Shown here in pieces: positions 55,932-64,000 of a stretch of DNA of 64,000 bases. The notes below the pieces were generated by a model that did no database searches, was not told the origin of the DNA, and saw only the letters and a list, made by a program, of their open reading frames with translations. The position numbers and the translations under genes are program-made. Position 1 is the first letter of the stretch. The number at the start of each line of letters is the position of its first letter. The DNA comes from Eledone cirrhosa (Eukaryota), in NCBI GenBank assembly GCA_964016885.1, contig OZ024763.1, positions 22,878,001 to 22,942,000 of the forward strand, written 5' to 3'.

Positions 55932-56754
55932 ATTATTAGTACAGATTAAAAGTTTAAGCAAAAAATTTCTGCTTTCACCCTAAAATGTGATCTTCTGAAA
56001 CTAAGAAATATCAATCAAGAGAGAAGGTAAATATTTTCAGAGATTACAGGCTGTTCGACATATTGATTGTGACACCAAGGAAAATCACCACAGATAGGTT
56101 TGTGTTCACTTGAATGGAAAGGATGAAACCTTTAAAAAAAAGTCATAAGCTCCTTTCTAAACCTATCAATAGCTCGGAGTCCGTATTTAGACATAGTCAA
56201 AATACCATCATCACGGTACAGATCTCAGTCTACATTAGAGAATTCATTGAGAAAAAGTAAAAATAGACCAATAAGATCTGTGACCTCTGCTGAATCGCTG
56301 GTGCCCATGCTTATGTCGAAGGGGGGTACTATTTGATTGCTTTAGTCAAATAGAATTGTCAAAGTTTATCACAGACTTATAAGCATTTAAGATGACATCA
56401 ACTTCAAAATCCTTAATTTCTGTAAGCATTTTGCCAAAATTAATAGCTCTTAGGAGTGATAAGGTGATATGAGAGTAGTAGATCTTCAGGTTGATTTGTA
56501 TAAAATGGCAGTGTTCCTTGTTATTCAGGGACCAATCACTATGAAAGTATTATTCCACAGGGGTAAAGGGGCCATATCCCTAAATTTTGGTATAATCCTA
56601 TCTAAAATTATTTTACCAAAATCAGACATATTTGGTCGTAATTTTCCAAAAATATTTACATCTGCCTCCATAGATTGATACTTCTGTTTCAGAAGATCAG
56701 ACTTTAGAGGTCAAAGTGGAAATTGTTTGCTTAAATTTTTAATGTGCTAATAAT
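55932..56754 (-). mobile_element. Decayed Penelope-like RT fragment bracketed by ~85-bp imperfect inverted repeats
   Basis: Minus-strand translation SDFGKIILDRII...LWNNT...HFIQINLKIYYSHIT...FDISMGTSDSAEVTDLIGLFLL...*DLYRDDGIL (YRDDG at about 56204-56218) aligns to the 40208-41569 RT; stops and frameshifts present. Inverted repeats at 55932-56016 and 56673-56754. Confidence 0.85.
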
Positions 56755-56814
56755 TTTTTTGCACAACAGATATTATAACATATATATATATATATAAATA
56801 TAACGAAGGAAGTG

Positions 56815-57039
56815 TGGTAAGGAACCAGGTGGACTATAACGCACCAGAGTACTCAATACTTTGGGTAGTAGAGTGGGTAATAGGAAAAGAGTCAGGACTC
56901 CCGAAGGTAGAGCTCAAGCTGTTTCAACAGCTATTTCTGGACTCCAGAAATAGGGGTCCTGACTCTTTTCCTATTACCTACTCTACTACCCAAAGTATCG
57001 AGTACTCTGGTGCGTTATGGTCCACCTGGTTCCTTACCA
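56815..57039. repeat. Fold-back element: 87-bp inverted arms with a structured loop
   Basis: Arms 56815-56901 and 56953-57039 differ at 4 positions, all transitions. The loop holds two small hairpins (AGCTGTT-TC-AACAGCT and CTATTTCTGGA-C-TCCAGAAATAG). Flanked by TA runs. Confidence 0.95.
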
Positions 57040-57155
57040 TCTATATAGAACACTTATCGAGTCCTTTCTCGATTTTCGTCTTTGTATTTATAATATATAT
57101 ATAATGAACTATTGAAGCATTACAATGATTTGAAATTTAAAAATAACTGTAAAAA

Positions 57156-57371
57156 CAGTCGATCACTATAAATAACAGCTTAGATAATCTGGTAAAATAT
57201 GCTCAGGGATGGAAAAAACTGATTAGCTGCCCCTTAGTGGATTAGTTAATGCACTTAGCTGGTATTTGAGCCATATGGAGATCAATTCTCTACAGTAATA
57301 GCTCTTTTCTTCCCCTATCGGTATTTTACCGGGTTTTGTTTTTCTAAGCTATTATTTATAAGGATTGACTG
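57156..57371. repeat. Older, degenerate fold-back element
   Basis: CAGTCGATCACTATAAATAACAGCTTAGATAATCTGGTAAAATA vs reverse complement of the right arm CAGTCAATCCTTATAAATAATAGCTTAGAAAAACAAAACCCGGTAAAATA. Confidence 0.7.
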
Positions 57372-57435
57372 AAACACATTGAGTCTGAAATATTTTGAAT
57401 AACCTGTATTAGTTATTGAGGTGTAAGGTGAAGGT

Positions 57436-59745
57436 CGGTAGGTAGGTTGGAGGGTTGGTAGGTAGGGTTGGAGGTGGCTGGGTTCGAGGGTTGGTAGGTG
57501 GCTGGGTTGGAGGGTTGGTAGGTGGCTGGGTTGGAGGGTTGGTTGGTGGCTGGGTTGGAGGGTTGGTAGGTGGCTGGGTTGGAGGGTTGGTTGGTGGCTG
57601 GGTTGGAGGGTTGGTAGGTGGCTGGGTTGGAGGGTTGGTAGGTGGCTGGGTTGGAGGGTTGGTAGGTGGCTGGGTTGGAGGGTTGGTTGGTGGCTGGGTT
57701 GGAGGGTTGGTAGGTGGCTGGGTTGGAGGGTTGGTAGGTGGCTGGGTTGGAGGGTTGGTTGGAGGGTTGGTTGGAGGGTTGGTTGGTAGGTGTGTTGGTA
57801 GGGTTGGAGGGTTGGTAGGTGGCTGGGTTGGAGGGTTGGTTGGAGGGTTGGTTGGAGGGTTGGTTGGTGGCTGGGTTGGAGGGTTGGTTGGTGGCTGGGT
57901 TGGAGGGTTGGTAGGTGGCTGGGTTGGAGGGTTGGTAGGTGGCTGGGTTGGAGGGTTGGTAGGTGGCTGGGTTGGAGGGTTGGTAGGTGGCTGGGTTGGA
58001 GGGTTGGTTGGTGGCTGGGTTGGAGGGTTGGTAGGTGGCTGGGTTGGAGGGTTGGTAGGTGGCTGGGTTGGAGGGTTGGTAGGTGGCTGGGTTGGAGGGT
58101 TGGTAGGTGGCTGGGTTGGAGGGTTGGTTGGTGGCTGGGTTGGAGGGTTGGTAGGTTGGAGGGTTGGTAGGTGGCTGGGTTGGAGGGTTGGTAGGTGGCT
58201 GGGTTGGAGGGTTGGTAGGTGGCTGGGTTGGAGGGTTGGTAGGTGGCTGGGTTGGAGGGTTGGTAGGTGGCTGGGTTGGAGGGTTGGTAGGTGGCTGGGT
58301 TGGAGGGTTGGTTGGTAGGTGTGTAGGTAGGGTTGGTTGGTGGCTGGGTTGGAGGGTTGGTAGGTGGCTGGGTTGGAGGGTTGGTTGGTGGCTGGGTTGG
58401 AGGGTTGGTAGGTGGCTGGGTTGGAGGGTTGGTAGGTGGCTGGGTTGGAGGGTTGGTTGGAGGGTTGGTTGGTAGGTGTGTAGGTAGGGTTGGTTGGTGG
58501 CTGGGTTGGAGGGTTGGTAGGTGGCTGGGTTGGAGGGTTGGTAGGTGGCTGGGTTGGAGGGTTGGTAGGTGGCTGGGTTGGAGGGTTGGTTGGAGGGTTG
58601 GTTGGAGGGTTGGTAGGTGGCTGGGTTGGAGGGTTGGTAGGTGGCTGGGTTGGAGGGTTGGTAGGTGGCTGGGTTGGAGGGTTGGTTGGAGGGTTGGTTG
58701 GTAGGTGTGTAGGTAGGGTTGGTTGGTGGCTGGGTTGGAGGGTTGGTAGGTGGCTGGGTTGGAGGGTTGGTAGGTGGCTGGGTTGGAGGGTTGGTAGGTG
58801 GCTGGGTTGGAGGGTTGGTTGGAGGGTTGGTTGGAGGGTTGGTAGGTGGCTGGGTTGGAGGGTTGGTTGGTAGGTGTGTAGGTAGGGTTGGAGGGTTGGT
58901 TGGTGGCTGGGTTGGAGGGTTGGTAGGTGGCTGGGTTGGAGGGTTGGTAGGTGGCTGGGTTGGAGGGTTGGTTGGTAGGTGTGTAGGTAGGGTTGGAGGG
59001 TTGGTTGGTGGCTGGGTTGGAGGGTTGGTAGGTGGCTGGGTTGGAGGGTTGGTTGGAGGGTTGGTTGGTGGCTGGGTTGGAGGGTTGGTAGGTGGCTGGG
59101 TTGGAGGGTTGGTTGGAGGGTTGGTTGGTAGGTGTGTAGGTAGGGTTGGAGGGTTGGTTGGTGGCTGGGTTGGAGGGTTGGTAGGTGGCTGGGTTGGAGG
59201 GTTGGTTGGAGGGTTGGTTGGAGGGTTGGTTGGTAGGTGTGTAGGTAGGGTTGGTTGGTGGCTGGGTTGGAGGGTTGGTAGGTAGGTGTGTAGGTAGGGT
59301 TGGAGGGTTGGTTGGTGGCTGGGTTGGAGGGTTGGTAGGTGGCTGGGTTGGAGGGTTGGTAGGTGGCTGGGTTGGAGGGTTGGTAGGTGGCTGGGTTGGA
59401 GGGTTGGTTGGAGGGTTGGTTGGTAGGTGTGTAGGTAGGGTTGGAGGGTTGGTTGGTGGCTGGGTTGGAGGGTTGGTAGGTAGGTGTGTAGGTAGGGTTG
59501 GAGGGTTGGTTGGTGGCTGGGTTGGATGGTTGGTAGGTAGGTGTGTAGGTAGGGTTGGAGGGTTGGTAGGTGGCTGGGTTGGAGGGTTGGTAGGTGGCTG
59601 GGTTGGGGGGTTGGTAGGTGGCTGGGTTGGATGGTTGGTTGGAGGGTTGGTAGGTAGGTGTGTAGGTAGGGTTGGTTGGTGGGTTGGTAGGTGGCTGGGT
59701 TGGAGGGTTGGTAGGTGGCTGGGTTGGAGGGTTGGTAGGTAGGTA
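57436..59745. repeat. G-rich 24-bp minisatellite with 12-bp and GTGTGTAGGTA variants
   Basis: Unit GGGTTGGTAGGTGGCTGGGTTGGA (variant ...GGTTGGTGG...), about 2.3 kb. Confidence 0.97.
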
Positions 59746-60100
59746 GGTGAGTTGATTTGAGGGTTAGTAGGTGTGTCGGTAGGTATGTGGGGAGATAGGT
59801 GAGTATGAAACTCGGTGGGTAGGTAAGTAGGTAGGTATGTAAGTGGGTAGGTAGGGAGGCAGGTAGATAGGGATTTGGTTGGTGTTAAAGACGAATCTAT
59901 TATAGGGAGAAGGGGTCAAATGGTTGTTATTGACCTGTTGGATGTAGGTAGAAACTCAGCACGTGTTAAGGATGAGTCTATTATAGGGAAAAGGGGTGAA
60001 ATGGTTGTTATCGGAGATGTAGTAAGGTAGGGAGGAATGGATTCAGCTGGCATCCAGCCAGATGAGTCTATTATAGGGAGAAGGGGTGAGGTGAAGGGAT

Positions 60101-60226
60101 TCATCTGGTATCTAGTCGGATGAGTCGTAACTTTGAATTATCAGCCAAGACACAGGCCGCTTCATTTGATCCTCCGCAATACCTGGATGAAGAGAACACA
60201 GTCAACAGCTTCCCTTCTTGTTGCAC
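60101..60226 (-). CDS. PPP-family Ser/Thr protein phosphatase, terminal coding exon
   Basis: Acceptor TTTTCAG|; encodes VQQEGKLLTVFSSSRYCGGSNEAACVLADNSKLRLIRLDTR then TGA (60101-60103). TVFS..YC is the PPP C-terminal motif. Confidence 0.93.
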   Translation of the reverse strand: MQQEGKLLTVFSSSRYCGGSNEAACVLADNSKLRLIRLDTR

Positions 60227-60324
60227 CTGAAAATAAAGATGTCACACCTGCATAAATTTGTTGAGACTTTTATTGAGATTGTATTTCAAACGAAAAACAC
60301 TGCCTATGTTAGCGTGGAACGTGG

Positions 60325-60600
60325 ACATTGACCATTTAGCATTTAAACTGGCCATAATTCTATCACCTCTTTCTGTTCAAACCGGTCGTAACTTGCTACT
60401 CATACTTATGTTAAGGTATTATTCTCAAAATAAATAGCATCAAAATCTCACCCGACCAATCTTGCCTCAAGTGGGACAACTCCCGTCTAACCCATGCTAG
60501 CGTGGAAGATGGACGTTAAACGATGATGATGATGATTTGTCTAACCCATGCTAGCGCAGAAAAATGGATGTTAAATGGTGGTGATCATGATGACGGTGAT
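60325..60600 (+). mobile_element. Intronic MITE-like fragment plus duplicated SINE/LINE tail
   Basis: ACCATTTAGCATTTAAACTGGCCATA... followed by two copies of GTCTAACCCATGCTAGCG...GGA(C/T)GTTAAA with (GAT)n tails. Confidence 0.55.
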
Positions 60601-60868
60601 GATGGTGGAAATGATGGTGGTGGAAATGATGGTGGTGGTGATGATGATTTAGACTTTAAATTATGTAAGATCGGGGTCAGTATCAAGTTGGTTGGTTAGT
60701 ACCACTACCGCCAACATAAAACGAAGTGGAGGGTTGGAGAGATGGATCAACCACTGCCACCGACATCAAACGAAAGGGAGAGGTTGGGACAAGTCAGTGC
60801 TAGAAGCTAGAAAAAAATGGGGCAAGACATTTTGTTTCACCTGTTTGAAAAAAAAAACCAAGTCTTAC

Positions 60869-61046
60869 CTGAAATCCAACCTGTTGTACTTCATGAGCTC
60901 GGATCACATGTGATAAATTATTGCAGTGCAGGAAAGATTTTAGGGCCGAACAACTGAATACGTGAGCAGTTCCTCGACGGAGATTTTTAGAAAAACCTTG
61001 ATTTTCTTTCAGACTCTGTAACATCTCAGGAGTGATCTGATCCAAC
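60869..61046 (-). CDS. PPP-family phosphatase, internal exon (RRG and RAHE motifs)
   Basis: CATAG| acceptor, |GTAAGA donor; 178 bp, phase-consistent; LDQITPEMLQSLKENQGFSKNLRRGTAHVFSCSALKSFLHCNNLSHVIRAHEVQQVGFQ. Confidence 0.94.
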
Positions 61047-61159
61047 CTATGGTTAATAAATAGATGGATAGATGGATGGATATATAGGTAGATGGATAGA
61101 TAGATAGATAGATAGATGGTCCTGGCATTGTTAAATACGCTGGGTCCGTCAACTTCTTA

Positions 61160-61345
61160 TTGATTGGCAGTATCGGTAGAGGGTCGGACGCCATGCTTTG
61201 CAGCAAAGAGTTACTTCCCTTTACGGACTGAGTTCAAATCCCGCCGAGGTTAACTTTGCCTTTCATCCTTACGGGGTCGATAAAATAAAGTACCAGTAAT
61301 ACACTGGGATAATTGCTGGCCTTATGCCAAAAAATAGAAACAATT
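61160..61345 (+). mobile_element. Near full-length tRNA-derived SINE (intronic)
   Basis: TGGCAGTATCGGTAG A-box-like; GAGTTCAAATCCC B-box (61230-61242); CTTTGCCTTTCATCC...GGGGTCGATAAAATAAAGTACCAG body; 3' end GCTGGCCTTATGCCAAAAAATAGAAAC. Confidence 0.85.
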
Positions 61346-61399
61346 AATATATATATATATATATATCGAATGTAGAAAAGTAACACACGAGTTGATATA

Positions 61400-61666
61400 A
61401 TATAAAAAACAAATAGTAGAAAGGAAAAAGATTCTTTCAGTAGAAAATGTCGAAGAGATTTCTTTTCAGTGAGATATCCAAACATTAATTTATTTACAAT
61501 ACCGGTTTCAGCATTAAATGCATTCTGCATATCTGCAATTGACAATGCATTTAATGCTGAAACTGGTATTGGAAACAAATTAATGTTTTGATATCTCACT
61601 GAAACAAAATCTCTTCAACATTTTCTACTGAAAGAATCTTTTTCCTTTCTACTATTTGTTTTTATA
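61400..61666. repeat. Fold-back element: ~124-bp inverted arms with a decayed hammerhead core
   Basis: Arms 61400-61524 and 61544-61666 with a 19-nt loop. The + strand reads TGCAA TTGACAA TGCATTTAATGCT GAAA CTGG TA TTGGA; the left arm retains GAAACCGGTATTGTA on the minus strand. Sits between (TA)n tracts. Confidence 0.9.
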
Positions 61667-61752
61667 TATATATATATATATATATACAGATGGATGGATA
61701 TATATATATATAAATAAATATACATGGGTGTGTATGATTGTGTATAGAAGAT

Positions 61753-62178
61753 TATATTAATAAAAGGAATTCCAACTTTGTCTGATTTACTCGTTTTATT
61801 TACAATCCTTTAAAATTATAATGATATTATAATGAAATATTATGGTAGAATATAAAATGTTAAATGTTATAACATTTAACATTTAATATTCTATTATAAT
61901 ATCATTATAATTTTAAAGGATTGTAAATAAAACGAGTAAATCAGACAAAGTTGGAATTCCTTTTATTAATATATATATACACATAGTTGAAAATTGCAAA
62001 CTCGACTGTCACCACATATTATGAACCTGAAGATTGCGAAAGCATGAAAGTACTTGTTCAACTAACACTTAGAATTTAATATTCTATCATACTATTTCAT
62101 TATAATACCATTATATATTTTAAAGGATTGTAAATAAAACGAGTAAATCAGACAAAGTTGGAATTCCTCTTATTAATA
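61753..62178. mobile_element. Palindrome plus third direct copy with a hammerhead; non-autonomous Penelope-like pLTR/retrozyme candidate
   Basis: Loopless palindrome 61753-61973 centred on AAATGTTATAACATTT. The right-arm sequence recurs at 62074-62178, directly after a hammerhead motif. Confidence 0.8.
62022..62060 (+). ncRNA. Minimal type I hammerhead ribozyme motif
   Basis: TGAAC CTGAAGA T TGC-GAAA-GCA T GAAA GTAC TT GTTCA: stem I TGAAC/GTTCA, GNRA-capped stem II, palindromic AGTACT stem III. The first stem II position is U-U rather than the canonical G-C. Confidence 0.72.
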
Positions 62179-62267
62179 CACACATATATATACAGATGGA
62201 TAGATATACAGATGGATAGATATATACAGATGGATGGATAGACAGATAAAATGTGGTGTTTACTTAC

Positions 62268-62410
62268 CCTATAGGGTCGTTCCACATGAGTTCCCATGCA
62301 AGGGGGCTCTCCTCTTCAGGATTAGGTAAGGGCACCGGGATACTGTTGATAACTTCCATTTTCCCATTGCCATGTATAGGGCTAGGGATACCACCATGAG
62401 TACAGAAGAT
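62268..62410 (-). CDS. PPP-family phosphatase, internal exon (HGG and WxDP motifs)
   Basis: CCAG| acceptor, |GTAAGT donor; 143 bp; [47 protein letters not shown]. Confidence 0.95.
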
Positions 62411-62646
62411 CTGGTGGAAAGATGAGGTAAGATTTTAGAAAAAAAAAATGGAATAAATATATCGTAGAACCAGAGGCAGGTTAAGCTAGTATTTGGAAAG
62501 TAACTTAAAAATTTTTACTGTGAAAATACAATAGTATATATAGAGTAATGTAAATGGTATGGAGTTAAAACAAATAGTTTTGTATCATAGAACCAGGGGA
62601 GGTTTCACGAGGTTTGGTATAAAAAGGGTTAAGTGTAGGATCTCAC

Positions 62647-62749
62647 CTTTCCATCTATGACAGCAGATAAAGGCATACAGTCAAAGCATTCATTAACAGC
62701 TGACCAGATCTTTTCTCCAACAGAATTACCAAATTTCGTGAGACACTCA
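62647..62749 (-). CDS. PPP-family phosphatase, internal exon
   Basis: TGCAG| acceptor, |GTGAGA donor; 103 bp; ECLTKFGNSVGEKIWSAVNECFDCMPLSAVIDGK. Confidence 0.95.
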
Positions 62750-62837
62750 CTGCAATTGAGAGACAATTCTTGAAAATGAGAGGAAGAACAAACCCACTAA
62801 AAACAAGATGATTATAACGAAGATCACAATCATTATT

Positions 62838-63125
62838 TTTACCCCTTCATTAGCACACTTTTAATGAAATACACTGCCTATGATTTTCAGATAATGTTAT
62901 TTATCAAGAAAAAATAATATTTTTATTCTTTCAAAGGTTAATGTTTAACCCATCCATTACCATATTTCTAATTAAAACACACTGCCTAAGGTTTTCAAAT
63001 CTTTTTGAAAATAAACACAAATTTTATGGAATTTAGTAATATAACTTTCTTGTTATTAAGTCAGTGTTTGGAACATAACTCAACAAAGGTTCTTATATAA
63101 AATTATGATGGAAGATTTTAGATAA
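62838..63125. mobile_element. AT-rich non-autonomous DNA transposon fragments (intronic)
   Basis: Two related starts (TTTACCCCTTCATTAGCAC...ATACACTGCCTA and TTAACCCATCCATTACCATATTTC...ACACACTGCCTA) resembling TTAACCC-ended octopus repeats (from recall). Confidence 0.5.
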
Positions 63126-63546
63126 ATATAAACAATTTAAACCGAATATTAATGGCATCTATTTCTCAATTCTCTGAGGCCCTATGAAAGCCATGGGTAC
63201 TGTCCCTCCCTCCAGATCTACCAAGTAACATTGATCTCTCTCTCTCTCTGGTCTCAGCGAGGCTGTGAAGGCCATGGGCATTGTCTCTCCCTCCAGACTT
63301 TCAAGGTTCCAATTGTCAAGGTTTGCTCTCTTCTGAACCCTCTTTGGGGGGGTCTTGGGATATTACAATCTTTGTGCATCCATTCTACGCCTCCTAGGAC
63401 AGGTCGCAGGCCCATTGTCAGTTTTTGTAGCATGAAATGGAGACTGCAAATACACTTTTAGAAACCAGCCCCTCTACCAAGTAAAAAAAAAACAAGAAAC
63501 CCCCCTCAAACAACAACTAAAGGAGCCATCGGTAAGAATCACTCAC

Positions 63547-63653
63547 AGTTTGAAGTTGAAAACCTCCTGTATATTCCGAGTTTCATGGTTACCACGAAGA
63601 AGGTAGAATTTGTTCGGGGACAGGAGTTTTTGAGCAAATAAATAGGATACAAC
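63547..63653 (-). CDS. PPP-family phosphatase, internal exon (GNHE motif); the gene continues beyond the window
   Basis: TTCTCAG| acceptor, |GTGAGT donor; 107 bp; VVSYLFAQKLLSPNKFYLLRGNHETRNIQEVFNFK. All five exons join in frame. Confidence 0.95.
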
Positions 63654-63764
63654 CTGAGAAAAATAAAATAGAAACATCTTAAGAGGGACATTCTTTGCAA
63701 ATTGGAGGATTTAAACATTTTTTTAAAATAGGGGTCCTCCTCCAAAATGATGGTTATCAACCCC

Positions 63765-64000
63765 ACTTCTACCACCACCATGATCACTACTGCCTCCATC
63801 ATCACAACTATGACTACCACCACCAACATCATCACTACCAACTTCATCAGCATCACCACACTTCTACTACCATCAACACCACCCCGCTACTGCCATTATC
63901 ACCTAGACCCCACTAACACCACCATCGTTACCCTACTAACACCAACATCATCACTACCACTACAACAAACAGACAATAACATACTACCACCACCACCACC
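63765..64000. repeat. Degenerate (ACC/ATC/ACT)n low-complexity tract (intronic)
   Basis: CACCAC/CATCAT/TACTAC runs to the window end. Confidence 0.85.

Noticed and set aside
56204-56540. In-frame TGA codons as selenocysteine (reported for some Naiad elements)
   Set aside because: One TGA aligns to a conserved Trp, another lies at a frameshift, the copy is otherwise decayed, and no SECIS was identified.
57455-59742. GGWVGGLV repeat proteins
   Set aside because: Stop-free frames of a 24-bp G-rich minisatellite, with non-ATG starts and frameshifts.

Overview
Repeat-rich animal genomic DNA, most likely an octopus (inferred from my recall of the short interspersed repeat families; not database-checked). 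Positions 1-39271 are one 53-bp tandem satellite (~740 copies) with higher-order structure, including a 9327-bp internal duplication. The monomer appears to derive from the 3' part of a tRNA-related SINE that also occurs in this window. After a 200-N gap comes a Penelope-like (probably Naiad-type) reverse transcriptase ORF. Its GIY-YIG endonuclease appears internally deleted, leaving only the last ~30 codons. The rest holds further tandem arrays (124, 36-38, 72 and 24 bp, plus (GGT)n), SINE/LINE/MITE fragments and a second decayed Penelope RT. It also holds several fold-back elements inserted in (TA)n tracts, some with minimal type I hammerhead ribozyme motifs. At the right end are the last five coding exons of a minus-strand, divergent PPP-family Ser/Thr phosphatase. 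The most notable signals are the hammerhead-carrying fold-back elements, the endonuclease-deleted RT, and repeated birth of tandem arrays from transposon pieces. Most listed ORFs are artefacts of simple repeats.
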